From the IMG/VR virus record IMGVR_UViG_3300025098_005131: a stretch of 64,000 bases of DNA; one strand, written 5' to 3'. The notes beneath the pieces are model-generated. The model was not told the origin of the DNA, ran no database searches, and saw only the letters and a list, made by a program, of their open reading frames with translations. The translations under genes and the position numbers were made by a program. Positions 17,901 to 26,400 of the stretch are shown here, piece by piece (position 1 is the first letter of the stretch; the number at the start of each line of letters is the position of its first letter). The stretch is from a virus. Lineage: Duplodnaviria > Caudoviricetes.

Positions 17901-19526
17901 AGCCACGTTATTTGTAAGCCCAGAAGTACCGAAATAAGCCATTGTGCTGGCAAGTAAAGTGAGTGGCACTGCATAATTATTTACATAATTTAATACAACC
18001 TGTAGGTCTTCTTTTAATAACACTTTATTAAAATCGTTATATGTTTTACTTTCAAGTTTTAATGTTTGTTTTTTAGCAAGACAGTAAACAACTAGATTTG
18101 CAAAGCCGGCTTCGAAATTGTTGTCAACCTCATCAAGTTTATCAGGATTACTTCCCCTAGTGATAAATCTTTTTACATCATATGATTGAAAATCTACTTT
18201 TTTCACTTTATTGTAAAGAAATCGCCATTTGGAAAGTAAATCTTTTATCGTACTACTATCAAAAACTTTTTTAATGTCTTCTTTATTTTTTTTAATAAAT
18301 TCTTCGCCTTCAAAAGATTCAGCAATACTTTGAATTCTTAGGATAGTTTTATTTTTTTTGTTATCCTTATCCAGCCTATCAGCCTCGAAGCTATAATTTT
18401 TTATAATAGCAAATATCGTCTCATCATTTGAAGGCATTTCCATTTGATCAAGAGTGCTTTTATAAAACAAAGATTTTAATTGCTTGTCATTTCTTATTTT
18501 TTCTACTACAGTTGACCAATATAACTTATTGCTAGAATCTCCACCCTTCTTACTTAAATGCTCAATAACTTCCTGTAGACTCATTAAATCTTCATAATGG
18601 CTTTTAAACGCAATATAGTCGTTACCACTACTTTCAGCAAGAAGGGATTTTATTCCTTGTTTATACACCAAAGAATTGTTTTCAAAGAGTCCTGCATTTA
18701 ATTCTTCTTGTGATTGGCGTTCTGCAGGAGAATCGCCTTTTTCTTCTTCGTCTCTAACTATATTTTGCATTGTACTCCTATACGTGGTTTGAAGTTTTTG
18801 AACTAAGGCGGGCAAAGTTTTCTGGTTTTTAAATGCTTGTTGCACAAACTTTAAGATTTCGCTATCTATTGGCACAACAGGCAACTCTAAGTTTTCTACA
18901 TTCGCAGCAAACTTACTCTCTTCTCCGTTAATTATATGATTTTCTAGCAAACCCGGAAATAGTTCTTCATATACTGGAACGTTTTTTTCTTCTATTTTTG
19001 CATAATAAGCAGGTGCAAGAAACGCATAACCAAAAGAACCTTTTCTATTATTTTCTCCTGATAACACTTCACCTTCTTTTGTCATTACAAGAAAAGGAAT
19101 AATTTGCGTGCTTTTTATAAGCTCTAAATCTATTCCTGTAAATCCTTTTACTTGTTCCTTACCAGTTTTCATTTGCGCAACATCAAACACCACTGGGCCT
19201 AACCTTGAGACATTTGTTGTTGATATTGCTATTCGCATCAAATCTTGTTTAGAAAAAGCACCAAGAGGATCGCTTATTATAGGCTCGACTTGCTTTTGAA
19301 TCTTGTCTTTTTCTTCTTGCGAGTCAACGCTTTTTATTTCGTCAATTACTTTTTTGACTAATTTAGCATCAGGTAGTTTACTAAAAATTTTACCAGACAC
19401 AGTTTTTTTTAGCGAATTTAAAAACGCTTGATTGACTGTGAAATCTTCTGATGCAGTCTCTGGTAGCGGTTGATTGTTTTTAAGGGTAGCATCCTCAAAC
19501 AATAATTCAGCAATACTTAGAGTCAT
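14913..19526 (-). CDS. Large (1537 aa) probable internal head/ejection protein with repeated SxxxLLFE motifs and a Gly/Ala-rich hydrophobic segment
   Basis: SIAELLFE, SLTELLFE, SLTNLLFE plus SLLAE, VLLKE, KLLE; hydrophobic GVGAAIPLTVGVLGAIATGGLGAVALATAGILGMPVGALIG. Confidence 0.7.
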   Translation of the reverse strand: MTLSIAELLFEDATLKNNQPLPETASEDFTVNQAFLNSLKKTVSGKIFSKLPDAKLVKKVIDEIKSVDSQEEKDKIQKQVEPIISDPLGAFSKQDLMRIAISTTNVSRLGPVVFDVAQMKTGKEQVKGFTGIDLELIKSTQIIPFLVMTKEGEVLSGENNRKGSFGYAFLAPAYYAKIEEKNVPVYEELFPGLLENHIINGEESKFAANVENLELPVVPIDSEILKFVQQAFKNQKTLPALVQKLQTTYRSTMQNIVRDEEEKGDSPAERQSQEELNAGLFENNSLVYKQGIKSLLAESSGNDYIAFKSHYEDLMSLQEVIEHLSKKGGDSSNKLYWSTVVEKIRNDKQLKSLFYKSTLDQMEMPSNDETIFAIIKNYSFEADRLDKDNKKNKTILRIQSIAESFEGEEFIKKNKEDIKKVFDSSTIKDLLSKWRFLYNKVKKVDFQSYDVKRFITRGSNPDKLDEVDNNFEAGFANLVVYCLAKKQTLKLESKTYNDFNKVLLKEDLQVVLNYVNNYAVPLTLLASTMAYFGTSGLTNNVAKSEQRLARICKHIETQKFWGIYNEQLAYEFAQVIKASHKASEAAIENLSGENLEDNEPSDESASQDDQVQPEEEQVVQPESKPPTKPPSPTDFKGRLENAARELERSLSLIVNRQEQSEEPNIVLARNLYASGSDKQKEALQKDDTNSSETIKKLLYGDNDAKPVDDALLKSFNSIITSDLQELKIKLEKDLEPDQLYTDIFNNKVPKSLEAAITAAATESAGSDEDQSTYIESLDEFKKRVNETCQRFNKVLKTVNIGSSSTQRNLVLKNKPILNFVARKIREEEKSYEDFFAKLLQGKDVDELATILKYFSFSPMFDFDGKLIDSLFENFQRHVKEREFKSLIFYVLRSNLNQEPTPIEEIMKEVLNDLFQGDEEKVQEIINGCQEYKDQCELFYGVEPSEEEAKDSQLEELCKSISRKLLEAEDEKAYNEKRREAQEKYEKEMLDAKKEQVRKEGFRFGVGAAIPLTVGVLGAIATGGLGAVALATAGILGMPVGALIGHSTVGLGPVQKDEVNKSDLTKKIDAEAKKHLKGLDSSIIEALKDAKIVEGIYVHERSLTELLFELKDFDVIGKKSRKKEIKKKEIKRKDFEDILTRNKVLMYDSKYASSPADISAVKNEFIESLNLLLSYYYNATIENVKQATSKAEVKAVTLQTAVSNRLEAAKDSLGDNAGQQLVEEFNQTTVQHDIPLTPEDIGNSFSNLDVENISFDFSNLNASFIDADEPESQAYKDKSGQEPQDGTEDDDGNILQPSKDKSKSSSSNSKLSSLKVEVSVLQDFYTDNTCVSRKEISSNIDFRKNLVKFLDGNKLDKNLLLPVVYKKENTAFIVGFVHENKFTCASISSGPFGAPVNFESFSKTQISDGTLNLFKFKQKIQTGSEENVDYYIYYPKSNKIKDYKKEVKNFLRKFLDEDSNSVKKALFKDLMDNEENLKLENKSNKSSSDYILGSLTNLLFESSNKEDLSVVKRVYNKKDSVNSSSLEKEWRRLWNIYK

Positions 19527-19551
19527 TATACACCTTACATTATTAGTTTTA

Positions 19552-19971
19552 TTAGTCTAAATATGACCTTACTTTTAAATTTGCTTCTTTAAGAATATTT
19601 ACTCCACCTAGATCTCTATAAGGTTTTAAGTAAATGACTTCTTCTATTTTGCTATTTACTATAGCTTTCGCACAATATTCACACGGGCTAAGAGTTAAAT
19701 ACATTTTTTTTGTCTTCGGGTTGTTGTAGTCCAATTTTAACAGTGCGTTAATTTCAGCATGCAGCAAACCACTACAACCAGGTTCTTCAGATTGAGGTGC
19801 GTTTGACATACCAGCAGCATTACCATTATACCCTAAAGAAAGCACTTGTGTATTATCTGACGTCACTATAAGTGCCCCTACCTTAAATGTGGAATGATGG
19901 CTTCGTTGTGCTATTGTTTCTGCCATTTGCATCCAAATTTTATCCCAAGATGGCCTATTTATATTTACCAT
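19552..19971 (-). CDS. dCMP deaminase
   Basis: KVGALIV, LGYNG, HAEINAL, SPCEYCAKAI. Confidence 0.93.
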   Translation of the reverse strand: MVNINRPSWDKIWMQMAETIAQRSHHSTFKVGALIVTSDNTQVLSLGYNGNAAGMSNAPQSEEPGCSGLLHAEINALLKLDYNNPKTKKMYLTLSPCEYCAKAIVNSKIEEVIYLKPYRDLGGVNILKEANLKVRSYLD

Positions 19972-19990
19972 TAAATTGCTCCGAGGTAAA

Positions 19991-20566
19991 ATGTCTATTT
20001 TATTATTAGAAGATTATATAAAAAATATTTTAAAAGAAAACAAAGAATTTATTAAAACTATAAATGTTTTTGACTTTGATATGACTTTGTTTAAATCGCT
20101 AACAGCACCTAATCGTTGGAATACAAAAGAGTCAGGATTTTGGTGGAATTCAGAGGAATCTTTAAATCAAGCATATCATAAGGACAACTTAAACAGTTTG
20201 TGGATAGAAAACACAGTTAATTCTGTAAAGCTGTCTATGAGTGATCCAGCATCACTAACAGTATTATGCACAGCAAGAAGCAAGACACCAGAAATTATGT
20301 ATGTTACAAATAATTTACTTCGATTAAAAGTTTTGCTTTTTGACGACAATTGTCTTTTCTATAAACCTTTAGGCATAAAAATGTCAACTGCACAGTATAA
20401 AACTGACGTCATAGTCAGACTTCTCAACGCTTATAGTTATGCAAACGAAGTTAATTTCTGGGAAGACAATATAGAAAACCTACAGCATGCTAAAAGTTTT
20501 ATTGATCAAAACAATAAACATAATAGCAGAAAAATTCAATTTAATTCACATGTTGTAATTGCTTAG
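19991..20566 (+). CDS. HAD-superfamily phosphatase (Swiss-army-knife RNA-repair-like HAD) with virion-type leader
   Basis: VFDFDMTLF (DxD), CTAR, YKTDVI, FWEDNIENL; ATG 19991 has SD GAGGT (ORF track starts at 19976). Confidence 0.8.
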   Translation: MSILLLEDYIKNILKENKEFIKTINVFDFDMTLFKSLTAPNRWNTKESGFWWNSEESLNQAYHKDNLNSLWIENTVNSVKLSMSDPASLTVLCTARSKTPEIMYVTNNLLRLKVLLFDDNCLFYKPLGIKMSTAQYKTDVIVRLLNAYSYANEVNFWEDNIENLQHAKSFIDQNNKHNSRKIQFNSHVVIA

Positions 20567-21427
20567 TTCTTTCTTCCAAGATGCTATTTTCTTTTCTAGT
20601 TTAAGACTTTTGTTTTCTTTTGATGCTTCCTTTAAAGTTATTCTATTCCAAGGAAATATTTTTCCTGTATTTGATCCAGAAGAAATTGTATCAATACCTT
20701 TTACAGAATATAAGTAGACTTTACTGTCCTTAATTTCTGTGCCTCTTTTAAAATAAAGACACTTTGGCGGTCGACCTAAACTAGACATTTCTTCGTCTTT
20801 TATTAATAACTCACTGCTACTCCACGGTATTGCAAACTTAATTGCGTCTTCTTTGTACGGTGTAACATAAGAATATTTATTTAAGCTATCAAATCTTTTA
20901 CTACTGCCATGATAAAATATTCTTTTTCTAGTCTCAGGTATGTAACAGTCTGGTTTTACTTTAAAAGGAACAAAGACCTGTATGTCTTTTTTAGATCTGC
21001 CTTCTATATTAAGATCTTTAATTTCTGTATGCCAAAGCTTATAGACATCAGCGAAACCTTGTATTCCTTTAGAAAATACTTGCTCGCCGTTTACATTAAT
21101 TAAAAACAAGCACTTTTCTATTTCGCTAGGCAGCATTTTAAAATAGTAAGTGTATTCATCTCGCTGAAGTATCTGGTCTGGTCTTGATGTGTTAGTTGCA
21201 TTAAACAACGAAGCCCTTAAAAAAGAAGTATCTCTCCCGTGATCAGGAAAATATTTTCTTAATTCATTCTCTGCCTCTTTTAGTCTTTCTCCTCCAGGTA
21301 TTTTTGAATACCTTTGCGGTCGTAAGACTCTCTTGTATTTTTTATCATGCAAAGTAAACCAAATATCAGAAGTTAAAAACTTTGTGCCTAAATCTTTTAT
21401 TTCAAAAGGAACATTTATCTTTTTCAA
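20546..21427 (-). CDS. Putative ADP-ribosyltransferase-fold protein (C-terminal HG-S/T type domain)
   Basis: IFYHGS, YSYVTPYKEDAIKFA, VYLYSV pattern of H-Y-type ART folds. Confidence 0.45.
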   Translation of the reverse strand: MKKINVPFEIKDLGTKFLTSDIWFTLHDKKYKRVLRPQRYSKIPGGERLKEAENELRKYFPDHGRDTSFLRASLFNATNTSRPDQILQRDEYTYYFKMLPSEIEKCLFLINVNGEQVFSKGIQGFADVYKLWHTEIKDLNIEGRSKKDIQVFVPFKVKPDCYIPETRKRIFYHGSSKRFDSLNKYSYVTPYKEDAIKFAIPWSSSELLIKDEEMSSLGRPPKCLYFKRGTEIKDSKVYLYSVKGIDTISSGSNTGKIFPWNRITLKEASKENKSLKLEKKIASWKKELSNYNM

Positions 21428-21429
21428 TT

Positions 21430-21996
21430 TTATTTCTCTTTAAATGTAGTGTAATGTTTTGAACATCTTGGCTCATACATTCCAAACGAACCAACACGCT
21501 CTTCAGCAGTTGCATTATTTATATCGAACATTGCCTCAGTAAAGTAAGCATCTTGATCGCACATGGTGCAAACAGCCGGACAAATTTCAATTTTTGTTGC
21601 CCAAGGCATCATGTTTTTTATATTTTGAAAAGGTATTTCGTTTGCGTCTAATTGAATTGATGACACAATTATATTAACACCTTTACGATACAAAGAAATC
21701 AAAACAGAGTCAATATCCTGAATCATAAAAGCTTCATCAACCGCTACTATTGTATTTGAATTATGCATATCTTCATTTACATAACGCAATATTTCTTCTG
21801 CATGATTTATACAGAATGCTGGGTAAGTTGCACCGGTATGGGTGCTAATCGTTTCTTTTGTATAACGCTTATCTTTATTTGCTTTAAAAGCTACAACTTG
21901 ACGACCTTTATATAAGGCTCTATCAATATCAGACATTAGTCTTGTTGTTTTTGATCCAAACATTGGGCCAGTATAAATTATAAATTGTGGGTTCAT
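21430..21996 (-). CDS. tdk: Thymidine kinase (type II)
   Basis: YTGPMFGSKTT P-loop, VAVDEAF, CTMC...RCSKH zinc site. Confidence 0.95.
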   Translation of the reverse strand: MNPQFIIYTGPMFGSKTTRLMSDIDRALYKGRQVVAFKANKDKRYTKETISTHTGATYPAFCINHAEEILRYVNEDMHNSNTIVAVDEAFMIQDIDSVLISLYRKGVNIIVSSIQLDANEIPFQNIKNMMPWATKIEICPAVCTMCDQDAYFTEAMFDINNATAEERVGSFGMYEPRCSKHYTTFKEK

Positions 21997-22005
21997 GAAA
22001 TTTCT

Positions 22006-22896
22006 CTAAGGTATTATGTGTGCCGATCGAATACTAACTGTAAGATTTATAGCACAATCTTCAGGTAAAGACATTTCTTTGGCGGTTTTAACGCTAAGTA
22101 TCTTAAGAAATTCATAGTCAGCCCATAAAGTTTTTGATACGTTTGAAGACCTTAGAGTAGCCGATACATTTAATTTATTTTGACGCCACAAAACATGAAT
22201 TATTGAAATGCAACTATCATCAGTGTATACAAATCTCCTACTATCATGTTTTTGGGCTTGATTATACTCGTTTAGACCTGTAAACTCTCTAAATATTTTA
22301 TTGAAAAACTCAAACTCAATTTTTTCATAGTACTCTTTTTCTTGAGGAAAGTCTAGCACAGTTAAATCCAATTGGTTTTTATCAACTACTTCTTTACATT
22401 GAACATCAACAAGCTCGTTTCTTCCGCTGTTAAGCACTAAAGACTTTATTAATTCTTGCCCTGGCATTTCGTTTAAAGAATTAATGAACTGTAGTAATTT
22501 GTTAATGTTTCTATCTAAGTCATCTTCTTCAAGAACTAAAACATTAGGATAAGAACCAAAACCCATTTTAGCAATATTTCTAAAATAGCTTCTTACTTTT
22601 AAAATACTGTCCTTATCTTGAAACTCGTCACCTCTTTTTTCCAGTCTGTCAAGAATAGTTGATTCAGAAGGTAGAAGTAATATGTAAAGTGTGTCTAGTC
22701 GTTTAAGATCGTCTAAAATTTTATCAAACCAAAGTGATGCATCTTCTCTTTCATACATCTTTGCATAAACAAACATAGACATACAACTTCTGTCTTGAAT
22801 ATTATACTTAAAGTTAGTTTTTTTATGAAGTTGATTGTATAGTGTAGTTTTACCACTACAATCAGGACCTTCAATATTAATATTAAAAAATCGCAT
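22006..22896 (-). CDS. Fusion: dNMP (thymidylate-like) kinase + truncated thymidylate synthase/dCMP hydroxymethylase-fold domain
   Basis: N-term NIEGPDCSGKTT and IQDRS; C-term SRR, catalytic Cys exactly 20 residues before RS, RSSNVSKTLWAD, SAH. Confidence 0.85.
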   Translation of the reverse strand: MRFFNINIEGPDCSGKTTLYNQLHKKTNFKYNIQDRSCMSMFVYAKMYEREDASLWFDKILDDLKRLDTLYILLLPSESTILDRLEKRGDEFQDKDSILKVRSYFRNIAKMGFGSYPNVLVLEEDDLDRNINKLLQFINSLNEMPGQELIKSLVLNSGRNELVDVQCKEVVDKNQLDLTVLDFPQEKEYYEKIEFEFFNKIFREFTGLNEYNQAQKHDSRRFVYTDDSCISIIHVLWRQNKLNVSATLRSSNVSKTLWADYEFLKILSVKTAKEMSLPEDCAINLTVSIRSAHIIP

Positions 22897-22944
22897 TTAA
22901 AACCTTTTTTATTTTATATTATAATTACAAACAATAAATTTTAT

Positions 22945-22987
22945 CATATTTAAAAATATATTTAAAAACATATTTAAAAACATATTT
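22945..22987 (+). repeat. 3.5 x 12-bp tandem repeat (c/t)atatttaaaaa upstream of ORF 23003
   Basis: Units 22945-22956, 22957-22968, 22969-22980, partial 22981-22987. Confidence 0.9.
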
Positions 22988-23002
22988 CAGGAGAAAATAA
23001 AT

Positions 23003-23419
23003 ATGAAAATTACAGAAAGACGTTTACGTTCAATTATTAGAAGTGTTATTAGAGAGTCACGTGCTGACAAGATGTTAGATTATCACGTAGGTCATGGTGA
23101 TCATCCAGACTATGATCCTGCAGTAGGTCAAGATCGTTCTGAGACGTTGTTTGATATAAGCGGCGATCGCCCTACTGAGCCTTATTCTCCTCCTATGAAA
23201 GTATCAAAACAACTTATGGATTCTGCAAGAGCAAACTCATATCTTCAAAAGTATAGTCCATTAAAATCAAGAATACAAGGAAGTGTAAGTTGTAAACGTT
23301 CTAGCGAGCGTTTTCCTGATGGCTGGAGCTGTAGTGTTAAACTGTCTGAAGACGGGCGCATTGTGCCTGTAATTATTCACATGAGCTACGACGGTGACAT
23401 AGAAGTACAATACATGTAA
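23003..23419 (+). CDS. Hypothetical protein with virion-type leader (MKITERRLRSIIRSVIRE)
   Basis: Strong SD CAGGAG; lone plus-strand gene filling the gap between kinase-TS fusion and dnaE. Confidence 0.8.
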   Translation: MKITERRLRSIIRSVIRESRADKMLDYHVGHGDHPDYDPAVGQDRSETLFDISGDRPTEPYSPPMKVSKQLMDSARANSYLQKYSPLKSRIQGSVSCKRSSERFPDGWSCSVKLSEDGRIVPVIIHMSYDGDIEVQYM

Positions 23420-26400
23420 TTAATCAAAAGCATTAATCTTTTTAAGTTTAGCAAGTGTAGATGACATACCCCAACCTGCATCGTTCTTTACATCAGCAAG
23501 CCATGTACTAAACTCAACACCATCTTCAACACTACCCCAAACCCTTAACCAGCCACTACGATTGTCTGAGTCAACGCATTTCCAACGCATAAACGCTTTA
23601 CCGTTTTTTGTTGTTTTATGAATAACTTCTGTAACAGTAAACCAGCCAATTCCTCTTTCACCTTGAGGTATATCAAATACACTCTTGATTTGCTTGTCGT
23701 TTAACTTTTTAATTAGACTAGGTGGAAACAGGAGGTCGTCACTTGCATCGTTGCTGAGATCAAAATAATTCCTAATTTTTTCTGATCTATTCCAGTCAGA
23801 CACAACACGATACTTTGTCAATAAATCTTCAACAATTGGAACAATTTCTTCTTCGTTCTTTTTTGCTCTTTTTACTGCAGTTTTTGTCATTCCCCAATAA
23901 CCTTTCTTGAGTGTAGTATAGTTATCAAGTATTAAATCATGGAGTTGCTTGTGATTATCCAGTTCATCGTTTTTAAACTCGTCAAGAGACTTAAATGCTT
24001 CCATCTTCGCTAGCGATGAAAAAGCTGTTTTGTTTAACTTGGAATGTTTCCATACTCCTTCTGCATCGTAAAATAGAGTATTTAAATTTTTGTATGGTCT
24101 ATTCGCAAATACTTCTTCAACAGCTTTATCTCCTACTCCTTTAAGCGATGTTAGCGGAGGAACAAAAGCTTTTAATACGTCTGAATATTCCCATTCTGCT
24201 TCAGAGTGGTTTATATCTATTGCTGCAATTTCGTATCCAAATGATTTAATCTCTGATATGGCTTTTGACATGCCTTTGGGGTTACCATTTTCAGACTGTA
24301 ATATTGCAGCCAACCACTCAGTCTCGTGATGTGTATGCAGCCAAGCCGCGTAATATGAACCAATAGCATAAGCAACTGCGTGAGACTTGTTAAAGCCATA
24401 AACAGCAAAATTTTCTATATCTGCCCATAACTTAGAAGATACCGACTCCGGGACATCGTTTAATTCTTTAGCACCTTTAATAAACTTTTCTCTAGCAATT
24501 GCTTTTTCTGAGCCTTTAGAATGCAGTGTATCTAGTGACTTCTTAACCAGCGTCTTTCTAAGCTTATCAGCCTCACCTGGATCAAATCCACTTAACTCTT
24601 GTGCAAGTAACATAAACTGCTCTTGAAAAACTACGTAGTTAAACGTAGGCCCTAATATCTTTTCAATAATAGGGTGATCATACTTAATGTCAGATGCATT
24701 TCTTTTTGCTTTAACATACTTCTTATGAACATTTGCTTTAAGCGGACCAGGTCTGTATATAGCTGTTAAGGCTGCAAGTTCTTCAATAGAATCAGGTTCT
24801 GCCTCTTTGGCAAAGTTTCTAGCACCAGGAGCTGTAAATTGGAATATGCCACAAAACTTTCCGTCTTTATATACATGTTCCCAAACTTTAGGGTCATCTT
24901 GTTTGACAAACCTACAGTTTAAATGTTTATCAAAGAATGCTCTTGCATCTGTAAATGTAGGATTATTATTTCCTTGCTTCTTGAGAATTCTATAAATGCA
25001 GTTTTCTACGTCTTTAAGCAATGTCAATCCTAAGAAGTCAAACTTAAGAAAGCCGTTATCTTCAAGATTTCTAAAGTTCATACCTTCTGTCCAAGGAGTT
25101 TGTAGTTCGCCGCGAACACCAACAATCGGCATTGACTCAGCAAGAGAATCAGCATCAGCTATTATTACACCACCTGCGTGTCTACCAATAGCTCTATTTT
25201 GCATAAACAACGTTTCAACATGCTCGGCAACTTCCGGATAGGTTGTCATAAATTCATTATACTCAGGAGAGTATTTCATACAGTCTTCATGCTTAAGGAC
25301 GAATACAGATTTTTCTTGATTTTTATCCATCGCTTTTTGCATAACTTGATCTTGAAGAGGACCAGTTACTTTGTTTACTTCATCAAAAGGAATATCATAA
25401 AACTTTGCAATATCTTTAATAAGCGATTTAAGCTTAAGTGTATTAAAGTTTGATACTGGAATAACTGCATCGTCGCCGTATAATTCTTTTGCTGCATTAA
25501 TAAGTTCATCTCTGTCGCCAGCGTCTGTATCAATGTCAGGCCACGAAACTCTGTGTCTTCCTAAAAATCTACTCCAAAGTAAGTTATAAGGAATAGGATC
25601 AAGTTGAGTAATACCTAGCAAGTAATTAACTAAAGAACCTCCGCCTGAGCCACGGGCCGGTCCAAATAGAGTCTTTGTTTCAGCTTTTTTAAAGATCTCA
25701 TACATTGTAATGAAGTAAGCTTCGTGCCCAAGATACTTAATGTCAGACAGCTCATATTTAGCTCTATCTACATATTCTTTGTTTGTATGCAAACCTTCAC
25801 TAATCAAAGCATTCTTGACTAAGTCTGATAGATGTTTAAACGGCGTCTTATCAGGTACTGATATTGTTGGAAGCTTTGCGCTTACATCTATCCATGTATC
25901 TTCGAAATCATTCCAAACAATGTCATGTGTTCTTTCTATCGACTCTTTAACTAGCTGCTCGTTTCCTTTATAGAAATCGTGTTCTTTATATCCTTCTAAG
26001 AATTCATCCCACATTTGTTGCGCATTCTTAGGATATAGCTCACATTTAAGATCTTCAAAAGCAGGCAGTGTCATGCCATCCTTCTTACCTAACCATCCAA
26101 GCTTCTTATATAATTCTCTCGCTTGCCACTTATCATTACTTGGGTAGTGAGAATCTGCTGTTGAGATAAGAGGAATACCCGTCAACTTATGATGTTCTAT
26201 GAGGTAATCATTAACAACATGTTGTTTATTAAGCTTGTTGAATTGTAGTTCTAATTTAAAGTTTTCAATACCAACAGCATCTGTAAACCTGTCTGATAGA
26301 CTTAAAAGATCTTTTTGGATTTCGTCGCGTGACTTATCATGAGCTACGCCTCGAAGTATTCTATTGCTAAAAATGCCGCCTAAACATGCAGTATTAACAT

